A stretch of 63,622 nt of DNA, the filler included, from Craspedostauros australis (taxonomy: Eukaryota): assembly GCA_030167865.1 (NCBI GenBank). It is 12 parts of 12 records of this genome, joined end to end, with 100 filler letters (N's around TTAATTAATTAA, not from the genome) between each part and the next. Parts side by side here need not be neighbours in the genome. Positions count along the whole stretch, not along the records: positions 1 to 11,673 come from JALAGF010005259.1; positions 11,774 to 13,358 come from JALAGF010005262.1; positions 13,459 to 14,967 come from JALAGF010005263.1; positions 15,068 to 20,286 come from JALAGF010005264.1; positions 20,387 to 25,229 come from JALAGF010005265.1; 7 more parts are not named here. The stretch is one strand, 5' to 3'. The position numbers and the translations under genes were made by a program. Position 1 is the stretch's first letter, and every line of letters begins with the position of its first letter. Below the pieces are notes generated by a model. That model was not told the origin of the DNA. It ran no database searches and saw only the letters and a program-made list of their open reading frames with translations. Positions 10,649 to 23,634 of this stretch are shown here, in pieces.

Positions 10649-11717
10649 AGACCTGCATTACGAAAGGCTTGCTCTTGAACCTGAACCGATCACATCGAGT
10701 TTTCGCACTCGCACCTGTACTCTACTTACTTGTATTTGTATTGAGCTATTGATGGTCCGCCTGGGATTGTCGACGAATAGCGGGAATCGCCATGCCACAC
10801 CACACCATACGATACATTTGAAGATTTGCAGAGTCCTAGAGCACGATCACACCACATACGCATTGCAGTTGTAGTTACAGTTTCAGTTTCAGTTATAGTT
10901 TCAGTTTCAGTTTCAGTTACAGTTATAGTTACAGAGACAGTGACAATTGTATAATAGCTATCAACAACCTCCGTGGCTCTACTTTGTTCTGTCTCCAGAG
11001 CGAGTGTGTGTAGGGTATTGTTTTTGCGAAATTGTTCCCAGCAAGGCTCGATGGCTCCCTTGGAAGTGCGGTAGGCACTTCATGCACCCTGAAGCCCCCT
11101 TCACTCAAGAACAGGGTGCACTCAACAAACTGCGATCGCAAATGAAGGCGATAAACCCCATGTAGGAGGCATCTTACCGACCATGCAGGGCAACCCAAAG
11201 AACAACCGGACATGAAAGGAAAAGCGTGCCGCGCATACCACGGGTAGAGAGAGGCAAATTCACACCCAAGGAACCACGCAACAGCGACGCCACACAGAAT
11301 GAGCTCCCATCACAATGGGCGTTCTGAGGATCTACCAACAAGTGCCAAGCAAACATGCCTCGGGTGGAGAGCATCTGTTAATTATCGTGGCACGAGTACG
11401 CGCTCGGCTCTGATGGGAATAGTTTCAAACAGGAATAGAAAACCCTGAAAAGAAGAACTCTCACATCCACAATAGCAAGGGCAAAGACGACTTTGTTCAA
11501 TGAACACTTTTGAACAACACTCTACGAGTATGCTGACGGTCTTCGCTGCGTCGATTTCACATGTTGGAGAAGCGCAGGTGGAGAATATTCGTATTACATT
11601 ACTACGTTACGTGTCCAAAAGTCTGCGCATCCTTTTGGATTCAGGGTCTGACATTGACTTGTCGGGGGGGGGGNNNNNNNNNNNNNNNNNNNNNNNNNNN
11701 NNNNNNNNNNNNNNNNN

Positions 11718-11729
11718 TTAATTAATTAA
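11718..11729. other. Artificial contig-join linker TTAATTAATTAA within N-runs (also at 13403, 15012, 20331, 25274, 28142, 35274, 38398, 40268, 47552, 62329)
   Basis: Identical 12-mer giving stops in all six frames, always flanked by about 44 Ns. Confidence 0.97.
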
Positions 11730-11773
11730 NNNNNNNNNNNNNNNNNNNNNNNNNNNNNNNNNNNNNNNNNNNN

Positions 11774-13358
11774 CCTGTTGGGAGACTGTCTGCTGTCCCT
11801 CGCCAAGAGTAGAGCTGCCTGCGGGTTCTGCTGTTTCGACGAAGCGAATATTGCTGTAGGGGCTGTGTCCCCATGTTGAATATATCGTGGCCGTAGGTAT
11901 CCTTCCACCACCGCCAGGACCCATCGTCGCGGTACCACCTACCGAGCGGCTCGTGCAGGAGAAGGCCTCGAAAACACATGGACTTGCACCAGNNNNNNNN
12001 NNNNNNNNNNNNNNNNNNNNNNNNNNNNNNNNNNNNNNNNNNNNNNNNNNNNNNNNNNNNNNNNNNNNNNNNNNNNNNNNNNNNNNNNNNNNNNNNNNNN
12101 NNNNNNNNNNNNNNNNNNNNNNNNNNNNNNNNNNNNNNNNNNNNNNNNNNNNNNNNNNNNNNNNNNNNNNNNNNNNNNNNNNNNNNNNNNNNNNNNNNNN
12201 NNNNNNNNNNNNNNNNNNNNNNNNNNNNNNNNNNNNNNGAGCTGTGCTCCTTTGATGCTTTGTTCCAGCCAGATATCCGTGAGGAAGCTGTCTCCTTCCC
12301 ATTGGACCTTCGCTGTCGTCGTCGTCTCGTAAATCCGGATGCTGGTGTCTTGGAGTTGTTGCCATAGCCCNNNNNNNNNNNNNNNNNNNNNNNNNNNNNN
12401 NNNNNNNNNNNNNNNNNNNNNNNNNNNNNNNNNNNNNNNNNNNNNNNNNNNNNNNNNNNNNNNNNNNNNNNNNNNNNNNNNNNNNNNNNNNNNGGTTCCT
12501 CGATGCACCTCATCAAATGCAAGCTGTATTTGTGAAATCAGCTGGGCATTGGCCGGGTTAATGATTCCCAACCTGCCAAGCGAGGTTGTGCCGTACACAA
12601 GGGCCCGTGGGAAGTTCCTGGACACTCCCATTTTTGGAAGTGACGCCAGCAGCACCGGAGCCATGACTCGTCGCCATTGTTGTCTGGAAAGCTGCGTCAT
12701 CGGCAGGGCATACTCGATCGTCTTCAGGAACCTCAGTGATAGCGCCGACTTAGCGTCTTCCAGTGATATCTGTGCTGTCCGCATTCTGCCTCCAAAATCC
12801 TCGGCCTTCGCTCGCATCCTCTGCATCTGCTCTGTCTGGTCGCCGTCGAAATCAATGAACACTCCCAGTGTGAACAGGGGTTGGTCCATCGTCTTGTAGG
12901 GTATCTCTGGCCTGACACCATTTCCGTCCTCGATTTGGATGGTGGTGCAGGTGTCGACGTCCTTCCAGTCCCACTCGCCTTTGACGAACTTGGGCTGGAT
13001 GGCCCACCAAGCTGACTTAGCAGGAACCAACGCCCCGCCTGTCACTCTCAACAGCCGGCTCCAGTCGTGGACCATACTCTTGAATGCCTCCGTGTCGGCT
13101 CCTTCACTGCCTGTGACCTCCAGTCGGACCAGATCCGTGTCGTCAACAAACGCTGAGCCAAGGATCTCAATGACCTCTCCGTTGGGCGTTGTCACTTGGG
13201 ATGCATGGCCCAACTTGAGCATAGCATTGAACATCACGGAGCTGATGACGGCCCAAATCGCAGGACCCGCTCCGTTGCCTTGTCCAATGCCATGCATTTC
13301 ACAGTCTGGGCCTCGACGGTATGACCTATCTGACACCCCGTACGCTGTGCTGATGCGG
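11774..13358 (-). mobile_element. Non-LTR retrotransposon reverse transcriptase fragment
   Basis: RT motifs GIGQGNGAGPAIW, AFVDDTDL, GGALVPAKSAW, TLGVFI; gapped contig. Confidence 0.85.
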
Positions 13359-15354
13359 NNNNNNNNNNNNNNNNNNNNNNNNNNNNNNNNNNNNNNNNNN
13401 NNTTAATTAATTAANNNNNNNNNNNNNNNNNNNNNNNNNNNNNNNNNNNNNNNNNNNNGGCGATGGTGTCCATGTAGCATTCTGTGGCAATGCTGCAGGT
13501 GCCCACCTTGTGCCTACTCTAGCAATCCACTGATTAGATTCTGATCATTGAACGATAGGTATGTTCATACACTAGACAGCGTACGACAGCACCATCATAC
13601 CCACTCTGGCTTGCGCAGGTGTGTGAGAGCCGCAACCTGGAGTTGTGCCGTGCCAACTCCTTATTTGCCTTGGGTCCTCCGTATCCAATTTCTGGTTCCC
13701 CGATTTTCTCCCAAATCAATCTACTGAATTTTTCAATAGTGGTATACNNNNNNNNNNNNNNNNNNNNNNNNNNNNNNNNNNNNNNNNNNNNNNNNNNNNN
13801 NNNNNCTTTGCACGATCCTCTCCGTTGGATGAACTCCATACCTTGATTTCAACGCTTCCGACAACCCACCCACCAATACATTGCATGCGATTCACCCTGT
13901 GCTATTTTTAGTTCGGCGCGTTGTGTTGCTGGATTCTCGTTTTCTCTCGTCTTATTTCTCACGATAAAGTCGCAACATCTTCCCCTTTCCGCTGCGTTCA
14001 CGGACTCCATCGGTTTCGACAGCTACATGCCCGGACTGGCGCCGTATTCTTCGCCTTGTCATCTACTTTGTAGTCGTCCAATTGTTATTTCGCAATTCCG
14101 TCTGGTGCTATTTTTACCCAACCAAATCCATACCCATGCAAATTCCTCTCCGTCGTCATGCACCTTCTGGAGGGCATCGTCAGTGTCATGCACGATTGCC
14201 GCGATTGAGGTGAGTCTATGCCATTCCAGTTGCATCAACCATTCATATTGCTCAATACTGTATGGTGTTTGGCTGATGGGAAAGGGGAGGTTGGGCCTGA
14301 GCGATCTACACGCTCCGAATTGATGTTGCTCGCAATCCTCTTGCGAGGGCTCCGGACTCTGGCAGACTGTGTGTTGACTTTCAAGTGCTCGCGAATCTGT
14401 GTGGTGTTGGCCTTTTCGAATTCCACCAATGGAAGGAGATGAACATGGCATTGATTCAGCAAGCTACGCAGGTTTGCGGATGACCCGGATGCTGGAGATG
14501 GTGCGGGGCATGATGTCCTACCGCTTTGCATCACGAGGCCAACGACTCAAGCAACAGAATTGACGATCAGCGACAGCAGTGGGCTAATTGCAGCGGCTTC
14601 CGAAATATGTGGAACTATGGACGCGCTCCTGCACCATTGTGAGCGCTGCACTTTTGTGGTTCCATCATGGTTCGAAGATCGACTTGGCGTCATCTACTTG
14701 TCTCATACTTGACAATAGACTGCATCCCTTGGTCGATGCCCGATCCAGTTTTGTTGTCTTGATCGAAAATGTGGGTGTGAAATTGGCGCACTTTGGTCGA
14801 ATCTGATTGGATGGGAATCGTCAATGGTTAAGTGCAAATGTCGTTTGTTGCTCGCAAGGACAAATTACATTGAACAAACGAACAACGAAGAACCAAAGTT
14901 TGTCCGAAAATCAAGAAAACAACACGACAAGATCACAAATGACAGATTCATGGACCAACGATCCAGCNNNNNNNNNNNNNNNNNNNNNNNNNNNNNNNNN
15001 NNNNNNNNNNNTTAATTAATTAANNNNNNNNNNNNNNNNNNNNNNNNNNNNNNNNNNNNNNNNNNNNCGCCACCGCAGAAGGCGGAAACAACCCACCAGC
15101 AGGAGCACCCAAAGGGGCACCAGTGGGGGCCGCAGAGCCACCGCCACCACCTGAAGGAGACGAGCGAGAGGCAGAGCGAACGGACCCGAAGTCGAAGACC
15201 GTCATGGCGGGAAGAGAGACGGGCGGGCGGAAAGGAAAATTTTCACAGCAAGGAAGGACGGGTTTTCGATGATCAACCACGAAACCGCGCGCTTGCTTGA
15301 TGCTNNNNNNNNNNNNNNNNNNNNNNNNNNNNNNNNNNNNNNNNNNNNNNNNNN

Positions 15355-15494
15355 ATGTTACTGTGGATTATACATGCTATGGCAAATGGAATTGAAAGAG
15401 ATGAAGATGTTATGCTCACAGTTCTGAGAATGCAACAATAGGAATAGGTAACCAGATATAACTAATAAGGCTGGGTTACCCCGGATTTCCAACA
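15355..15494. mobile_element. Family A LTR end (partial)
   Basis: GCTCACAGTTCT...CCCCGGATTTCCAACA as at 5232-5307. Confidence 0.65.
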
Positions 15495-17570
15495 TCTCTC
15501 TGCTTGCAATCCTCGCCACTGCAACACGTCAGGATCCGTCTTGGTGTCAGAATCCAGATGTGTAATTCAATCTGGTTTCAGGGCATGTCAAGAGGAGGCT
15601 AGATCAGTACTTGTTCGTCCGTGACCTGTCTCATTCTCTTCCAGTCATACCTCCTTAGTTGAGACACAAGTGGGTTGGAGCGGTTTCGGCGAAATTGTCA
15701 GAATCCACCGAGTCGTCCAGTATCTGTGACTGGGGACTAGGCGTAAGATGCCAATCATCAAATGGTGTCATCACCAACTTCACACCCAAAATCACAACAA
15801 CTCCCTCATCCTCTGTCGTCTGTCATGTTCCTTGAAGGTTTGGATCATCTTGCATGATGCAACATCATCCGGCATCATCAATAGTAGCATTATGCTTCAT
15901 TCCACACAGCTCTTTCTCTCTCTTGTGTTCCAGCTTGGTTGTGCGTTTGAATCGTATCCTGAACCAACACGAACCATGAAATGATCAGATCATGAGCCGA
16001 TGGCTCAACGAGAAACGAAAATGAGAATGTGCAAAATACTGGGTGCCGTAGACAAGGTACCATGAAAGAATGACAGTACTGTGAGATAGCTACTAGCCTG
16101 AGTTGGTTGAACCTAAGAATGCAAAGATTCTAACCAATGCATGCAGAGCATAGGAATGTAGGAGCAACAGCATGGACATGAACAAAGGTCAGAGTGTAAG
16201 CTCACAACTCTTAAGTTTGCAATGGCATTCAAGTTCCAACAGAGTTTACAGTGAACGCCTCCTTCTCGATCTGATCAATTGCTGAAGGATATGTTCTTCC
16301 TACGTTACTACCAATTTCTCAAGTCAAACACAGGATGTGGTTCATTTCATTTGCCATCAGTTTGCACACCAGCACCTTACGATCGTGCCAAGTAGTTGCA
16401 GTGCATTGGATCACCTGGTCAATCCTGACTGACCAGTTGGGTGCTTCTACATTGACTTCCTTCTGAAGGATCAAATGGGACAGCGGCATCAACAGATCTT
16501 TGTGCAACATCGCTGTGGTGCGCAGCGATGTCAGCACTGTCCAATTGAGCAACGGCAGGGCAGATTCATCTGCAGCACTCATCTCACTTGTCACTGGCAG
16601 CAAGTACTTCTCTGATGCATGGTTTTCCCACCACACCATCCACGCCCCAGTGCGATATGCAAGATTGATGTCCCATTCCAGCTGTCCCAGACGATCATGC
16701 AAACCACCGCAGAAATTGCGACAGTGACGAATCAGCAAGGGTGGTGCATGAGGAATGGCATGGATGGTGTCGTCTGGGAACTTGGAACACATCTCAACAT
16801 GCCATTGCAAGTACACTTGGATTTGTTGGGACAGCTGTGTAAAGAGATGGTGCAAATGTTGCATGGGCAGCTGCATGTTGGTATTGGGTGGTGATCATCT
16901 AGGATGAGACAGATGGGTCAACATCAAATCTGCCTGGTCGTTGATGGTATGAAATGCAGAGAACTGCAGGGAACGATTCATTGTCCAAAGCGCCATCATG
17001 GCCATAGCCGCCATCACCATCAGCATATACATGCCATTCTTCTCATGAATGCCAGCAGCCTCATGAAAATGGATCTTGCCCATCTTCTCTAGTCGCCATC
17101 ATGAGGATGTATTCCCAAGGAACGGACCATGACGGACGACGCAGTCTCTCACATCCTTTGTACATGTTGTGTGTGCCACTGTAGAGTATCTGTTGCCGCC
17201 ATTCCCGCCGTTTCTGGCACCACTGTCACTAGTGTTGTGATCTTTATTTATGTTCCTGTGCTTGCCAGGTCAGTTGTTTCTGGGTTTTGCTGCAGTTTGT
17301 GTGTTGGCGGTGGTGACGATTGGGGATGACGATCTCGTGCAATTCCACACGAAAAAAACACCAGCGACAGCAGCAACAACGACAAAGAGACATTTGGCAC
17401 CAACACAGTATCCTTCACTCGATTAGTGACTGAGACAGTGCAGAAGACACAAGCCGAGCCAAAGTTGACATCATCGTCATAGAGTGCTCTGCTTTGCCAG
17501 CACAACATAGGAAAATGCGGGGAGAGTACGAGCGAGAGCATGCTGGTATGTGTGACTGTGTATGTGATGA

Positions 17571-20285
17571 TTAGAGTTCTTGACAGGCTGATGGGGATGG
17601 TCCAGGGCAGTCTGTGGCTGCATCGTCAATTACGTACGTTTCTGTCGCTGACGTACACAGTGATCCTTGGGCGCACTTGGTGCAGGAGGCGGCTGTCGTG
17701 CAGACTCCTGTTCTGATGATGATGTCATTGGCTGCACTGATACTTTCGCCAAGTTGGGAACACGTGCTCTCGCCCGAGCAGGCATCATCTTCGATGATCA
17801 CGCTTCCTTCATATTTGTTCGTTGAGCGATGCAATCTGAGGCAAGCACTCCCCTTTTGGCACGCATTCTTTCCGATGAAGACACTTGCCACGATCGGCGT
17901 CTGGGGTGGAGACAACTGTTGCCTTTTGCGCACCGCAAGGCCAAAGCATGAAAATGCTTCATCACATGATCCTTCTTCCACTCGCATATTTCCAAATGTG
18001 TTACTTCCAATCCCACTGCAACTCTGCTCTGCAACACAAGCTCTTGGTCCGATCACACTGAATCCGACTTCGATACCAGCAGCTGGCTTACTTAAGAAAT
18101 AGTGCAGTTGAAAACAGGCATTGTCTCCCTTGCAACTGTCAAGGATGATTGCGTTGGGATGTACCCAAAAGCAAGCGTCTTTTCCGGTACACGACCTTGA
18201 GCTCACCGTCGTGACACCACTATTAGAAGGGTCGGTGATGCAAGCATTATCACCGGTGCAGCATTCCACACCGCATGCCTTCGTCACCACAGGCCCGCTG
18301 CCAGTGAAGAGCTTCTTGCCCTCGTCCACGATGGCCAACAATGCGGTGATCACATTTTCGTCGTTCTTGATCTTGTTAAAGCGTGCCTGCGCCACCTCCA
18401 CCATCACGGGCTGTGGAGGGTCTGCATCATTGCATCCAAAGATGCTCTTGATCATCTTGCGCTTCCCTTCAGCCAGAGCATCAACCATGGAGACGAAGTC
18501 CGCGCATGTGCCTGTTGCATCATCGCACAATACATCGCCAGTGACGGAATTGAACATTGTTGTGTGGTCACCCGGTTTTTCGAGACATCCTACGGTGAAG
18601 GATGCCGGGGGGGGAAGCGTCGGACTACTTGTTCTTGTAGGCAGTTGCGAAGGCTGTGAGCTTGTTGATGGCATGTCAGATGGTTGGGTGGATGGGAGTG
18701 CGGATGGCTCCTCGGACGGCTGTACGGAAGGCTGTACGGACGGAAGGTTGGTGGGCTGTTCGGTCGGCTCTTCAGTCGGAAGGTCGGAGGGCTGTGCAGA
18801 CGGCACCTCAGACGGGACTTGCGATGGACTGCTTGACGGGAGTGAGCTCGGGATATCTGACGGCATCTCAGACGGAACTTGCGATGGACTGTGTGACGGA
18901 AGATATGAGGGCGTCCGAGACGGCGAGTTGGATGGGGCGCTGGTTGGACTGGACGTGAGAGGTGTTGGGAAAGGAGTTGGAGAGAATGTCGGACAGTCTG
19001 TGGGCAAGGTGTCCTTGCCAATACAGTACTCCTCCACTTTGTCACCAGTAGGATTGCCCCCAGAGCTGCTGCCTCCCTTTGGGCAGGCCCCGTCCACGTT
19101 GCTGATGAAGTAGAATTCATTAGGGCTGCACTCCGTCTTCGTCATGCATCCTCTGCAGCCTTCGAAACTGCCGCATCCATCAGGAGGGACAATGATATCC
19201 GTCCTCATCCTGTCACTGAAGCCCATCTTCTCGCATGAGCCATCAGCAGCGCAACCACCAGCACCAATGGTCAGGCTGCCTGCAGCCTTGCCACCAGCAC
19301 CATGGTTGACAGTGGAATGGGCATCCTTGCAGGCGTTGGCGCCTACGCACGCATTCGGGCCAATGTCGATGTGGCTGCGGAAGCGATATGATGGTGCTGA
19401 TTGCTCCACACGGCGGCCAGTGGAGTTGCATGCCTCTGACCCAACGCATGCACCAGAATGGATAGTCACATCACCATGGGAGCGGCGTCCCACTCCCTCG
19501 CAAGAGTGAGGAGTGGTGCATGCCATCTCACCGATGAAGGTGACTCCTGTGATGGACGGATTGATTTCATTTTCGTTCATCAACTCGCATGCGCTGTCTC
19601 CAGTGCAGGAGGAATCGAGAATGAGCGGGTTGGGGCCCATATCCTTGCATGCGCTGCCGCCAGTGCATGATGTGATGGCGACGGTCATGAATGGAGGAGA
19701 GATGGAGGCGGAACCGGTGACTGAGGTGCATCCAGAGGATCCTTGGCAGCATGGGTCTGCGACAGGAGGCGATTGCATCGCAGCGATGGCCGCGCATGCT
19801 GCCTTCATTGCGTCTGGTCGTTCGGTGACGAGGATTGCGTTGGTGGCAGCGACCACGGCCAATTGGCCAGCAAGCACGTCGCTGGATGCGTACTTGTTGA
19901 AGAGCTTGCGTGCAGCTCCTTCACCGAGGTCTCCGGCGCACGCGAAGAAGTTCTGCAGTTGCTCGGATTCCTTGACAGCGCTGATGGCTTCGCGGCAGGA
20001 TGGCTTGGCAGAGTTGCAGATGATGGTCTTGGCGCTTACCTCTTGCTGTGTGAGGGCGGTATTGCCATCCGGCTTGCAAATGACCTTGACGGTAGAATCA
20101 AAGACCACTGGGGCAGCTGATGGTTTGGCAGTTGGCAGGAGCGTCGGTTGAGAGGTCGGCAACGCGGTTGGCTGAGCGACAGGTGCCATCGAGGGCATCT
20201 CCGAAATCAAGCCTGTTGGCGGCCCAGTAGGCAATGCGGTTGGCGCGGTTGTTTCTGCAACAGCCGGGTTTTCAGTGGGTGGCAC
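17571..20285 (-). CDS. Cys-rich/PTS-mucin extracellular protein, 5'-partial (>904 aa), two homologous Cys-repeat modules
   Basis: Long ORF with PT/PS linkers and repeated (S/A)CxGxxAC motifs in two blocks; runs into the gap at 20287. Confidence 0.85.
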   Translation of the reverse strand: MPPTENPAVAETTAPTALPTGPPTGLISEMPSMAPVAQPTALPTSQPTLLPTAKPSAAPVVFDSTVKVICKPDGNTALTQQEVSAKTIICNSAKPSCREAISAVKESEQLQNFFACAGDLGEGAARKLFNKYASSDVLAGQLAVVAATNAILVTERPDAMKAACAAIAAMQSPPVADPCCQGSSGCTSVTGSASISPPFMTVAITSCTGGSACKDMGPNPLILDSSCTGDSACELMNENEINPSITGVTFIGEMACTTPHSCEGVGRRSHGDVTIHSGACVGSEACNSTGRRVEQSAPSYRFRSHIDIGPNACVGANACKDAHSTVNHGAGGKAAGSLTIGAGGCAADGSCEKMGFSDRMRTDIIVPPDGCGSFEGCRGCMTKTECSPNEFYFISNVDGACPKGGSSSGGNPTGDKVEEYCIGKDTLPTDCPTFSPTPFPTPLTSSPTSAPSNSPSRTPSYLPSHSPSQVPSEMPSDIPSSLPSSSPSQVPSEVPSAQPSDLPTEEPTEQPTNLPSVQPSVQPSEEPSALPSTQPSDMPSTSSQPSQLPTRTSSPTLPPPASFTVGCLEKPGDHTTMFNSVTGDVLCDDATGTCADFVSMVDALAEGKRKMIKSIFGCNDADPPQPVMVEVAQARFNKIKNDENVITALLAIVDEGKKLFTGSGPVVTKACGVECCTGDNACITDPSNSGVTTVSSRSCTGKDACFWVHPNAIILDSCKGDNACFQLHYFLSKPAAGIEVGFSVIGPRACVAEQSCSGIGSNTFGNMRVEEGSCDEAFSCFGLAVRKRQQLSPPQTPIVASVFIGKNACQKGSACLRLHRSTNKYEGSVIIEDDACSGESTCSQLGESISAANDIIIRTGVCTTAASCTKCAQGSLCTSATETYVIDDAATDCPGPSPSACQEL

Positions 20286-20923
20286 TNNNNNNNNNNNNNN
20301 NNNNNNNNNNNNNNNNNNNNNNNNNNNNNNTTAATTAATTAANNNNNNNNNNNNNNNNNNNNNNNNNNNNNNNNNNNNNNNNNNNNGTGCCATGAGGAGG
20401 AGGAGAGAGGATGCACTGTTGTCGCCAAGTATTTGTGAAAAGCTGCACCAAAAGCACCAGAATCCGGTGCTGGGATTGTGAAGGAGACAGTGCCGAAAAA
20501 CTGATGCATGACGAGAAGCACGACAAGCATGTTGGTGGACGCAGGTACCAGACATCGAAATAGCAAGGTAGAATATGATTACCCCAGATCCCATGANNNN
20601 NNNNNNNNNNNNNNNNNNNNNNNNNNNNNNNNNNNNNNNNNNNNNNTAGCAAGGTAGAATATGATTACCCCAGATCCCATGACGTCGAGAAAGCAAGACA
20701 GGCGCACGGAAAGGAACCCCTGAGACATGATCAATGACGCCGTGCTGTATCGTGGGTTTTTTTTTTTTTGAATCGCCAAATAAATGTGTTACTCGAAGGA
20801 GTCAGAAAAAAAACAACCCACTTTCGGGTTTCGGACCGAAATCGTTTTTTTTTCTGCAACACGGGACATCGTGGAGGAACATGGGACTTAAGTAGTACAA
20901 GTGGTATTTTCGGCGAGCTTGCA

Positions 20924-21026
20924 TTTGCGTCNNNNNNNNNNNNNNNNNNATTTGCGTCCGGACGCAAACTGAGCGTTCAATTTGCGTCCGGACGCAAGCT
21001 ACGTAGAGAATGCGTCCGGACGCAAG
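20924..21026. repeat. Array of palindromes TTTGCGTCCGGACGCAAA at about 30-bp period
   Basis: Copies at 20951, 20981 and 21011, plus a partial copy at 20924. Confidence 0.8.
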
Positions 21027-21569
21027 AAAAACGTCATTATGGATATCCATGGTGAGTTTTGTTTCACGGTGTTCTTAGCGCGCCTGCTGTTAAGACCCCG
21101 GTGAGCGAAAAGGTTACGCCCAAGTTGGCGTCGCATCTGCGATCCTGCTATAACCTTTATGACGCCTTATAATATACGTTATTTAGATGTATGTAGAGGA
21201 ACTACATTCTTGAAACTTATATTGGATGGGTTAGGAGGTCATGAAGGTACCTATTCTGTCGTGTTGTATCGTGCGTTAGATTCAGTTTTTGGGATGCGAC
21301 ATGGATGCGACTCATCACTGACTCCAAATTTGATTTTGGCGAGCGGCGAAAATGTTCTTTTTTCCTCTCTCAGACGGACTCACAGCAAGGCATTCGAAGC
21401 CGCCCTCAGACGTGTCTACAGTCGTGCGAACGGGCACACATTCCGGCTGTTTTTGGCCCCAATTGATTGCACGCAGTTTCTCGCGGTGGACTCGGAACAG
21501 GTGTGGAGGAGCAAAACTGCACCAGCATGCGATGGTACGTACGTGCACTGCGCTGTGCCATACGACATT

Positions 21570-22320
21570 TGTTGGAAATCCGGGGTTAGGTAGTAGATTA
21601 ATCTGTTATCAATCTGTACCAATTTAGAACTGTGAGAACAAACTCCTTGGCTCTCCAATTCCAGTTCAGCAGCAAGTGTAATCTGTAGCAGTTCACCATG
21701 ATCATGCACTTGTTCATGGTTGCTTTCATCTGCTTCATCNNNNNNNNNNNNNNNNNNNNNNNNNNNNNNNNNNNNNNNNNNNNNNNNNNNNNNNNNNNNN
21801 NNNNNNNNNNNNNNNNNNNNNNNNNNNNNNNNNGGTACCTTCAGCATGGGTCTCAGTCTGATCGATCCCACTTGACCTTCGGTTCCTCAGTATTCCACCT
21901 GCGCCATCATCACATACTCACCGGTCATGTTTAATGCATGTCGCGTCGTCATTCGTGCTCTTGAGCGGATAGGAGCATCGCCTCTGTTTCGCTTTCTCAG
22001 AGAGGCGATCCCTTGTCCGTCGATGCGCGTCGACATGTCTGATACATATCGACAGTTTCGCCCATAGTCTTGGCTCATGTGCGATTACNNNNNNNNNNNN
22101 NNNNNNNNNNNNNNNNNNNNNNNNNNNNNNNNNNNNNNNNNNNNNNNNNNNNNNNNNNNNNNNNNNNNNNNNNNNNNNNNNNNNNNNNNNNNNNNNNNNN
22201 NNNNNNNNNNNNNNNNNNNNNNNNNNNNNNNNNNNNNNNNNTCGTCGAGTTGTGAAGATATTATTGGGAGGTGCGGCAATCATGGGTATCTTGGTAAAAG
22301 CGTACCCCCGATTCCTGACA
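21570..22320. mobile_element. Solo LTR, family A
   Basis: TGTTGGAAATCCGGGG...CCGATTCCTGACA with perfect 6-bp TSD GACATT. Confidence 0.85.
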
Positions 22321-22837
22321 GACATTAGGATGGGATGAAGGTGCAGAGCTATCAGCATATTCCACCAGGTATAGTGAGATGCTACTTTTGCTTTTGCTGA
22401 TGCTGGTAGTACTTCGTGAGCGCGGCAACTGTGATCAATGGCAGGTTCGTCGCACCATGATCTCGCGCGTTCCACGTGTGGTCTCTCATTTCATACAAGG
22501 GGCACGAGACTCTGTGACAAGATAGGTGCAGGAGGATAAGGNNNNNNNNNNNNNAAATAAAGTCAGCTGGCGACTACGGCACATTCCTGATGTACGCTGC
22601 TGTGCTCTGCTGTGCTCTTCTCGAGTTGCTGAGTTGCCGAGTTGCCGTTCGTTGCGGATTTCGGTGTCTTGTTCTTGTTGTGGAAGTTCGTGAGTTCATT
22701 TTGCTCTTTTCTTGATCACGTTTCATTCCTTTTCCTGGTTCTTTTCCATGTCGCACTCAAAGAAGCGCTCTGTACTTTTTTCTGATTTTGGTGGACATAC
22801 AGACGTAGTATATGATGTTTTGGTAGAAGCCTGTGCG

Positions 22838-23634
22838 TGTCGAGATGTACATGTGAGTATACGTCAAGATGTACATGTATATGTGCATCGTTCACCTGTT
22901 ATTCTCTCATACGCACTTGGACGGTATAACTATACTCGTGTCAATAGTATACTATCATTCGTCAGAATTACAGGGGAAATGGAACACACAAAAAGGGGCA
23001 AGATTTCTGGAGGAAATTTGCAAATAACGATTTCTGGGAGAATCCGAAGATCGTCCGTCCATGCATCAATGGTACCAAGAGAATCTTGAGGTACTTCCCA
23101 ACTAAACCTCAGATGACGATATCATCTGACAGACTACTGCATCACCAATGGAACNNNNNNNNNNNNNNNNNNNNNNNNNNNNNNNNNNNNNNNNNNNNNN
23201 NNNNNNNNNNNCCACGTCGACAGCTGTCTCCAAGTCAGAGCAGGAGGCGAAGATACGATGACCTATGAAGATCATGGATACTGAAGGTGAACTTCAAATG
23301 GTAAGTACTCATGGAGTAGAAGCCAGTACTGAATGAACGGAGTATCGAATGCGGAGCACGCATCGAACATGGAGTATCGTGTTGCACGAGCACACGATGT
23401 TGAGAAAGAGAGAGAGAGAGAGAATACAGATAGGAGCGAGAGAGGATCTCGCGTACCGACTCATAGTCGGAACCTGAATCTACGAAACAGATTGAAGCGC
23501 CGAGAGCATCGGGCAAGAGAACGAACGGACATCGAGAGTATCGGAGTGCCAACGTAATGAAATAGCAAACAGACGACTATCAACCAATACCATCTTCCAC
23601 GTTCGTAGGTTACCGTGAGCGGAACTTGCCAACA
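22838..23634 (+). mobile_element. Solo LTR, family B
   Basis: TGTCGAGATG...GGAACTTGCCAACA with perfect 6-bp TSD TGTGCG; homologous to the LTR preceding the gag at 25330-25826. Confidence 0.85.

Noticed and set aside
13459..17100. Short ORFs at 13.5-17.1 kb (similarly 59.3-61 kb)
   Set aside because: No recognisable motifs; probably decayed repeat sequence, not supportable as genes.
20924..21026. CRISPR-like array
   Set aside because: Repeats (18 bp) and spacers (about 12 bp) are too short, only about 4 units, eukaryotic context, no cas genes.
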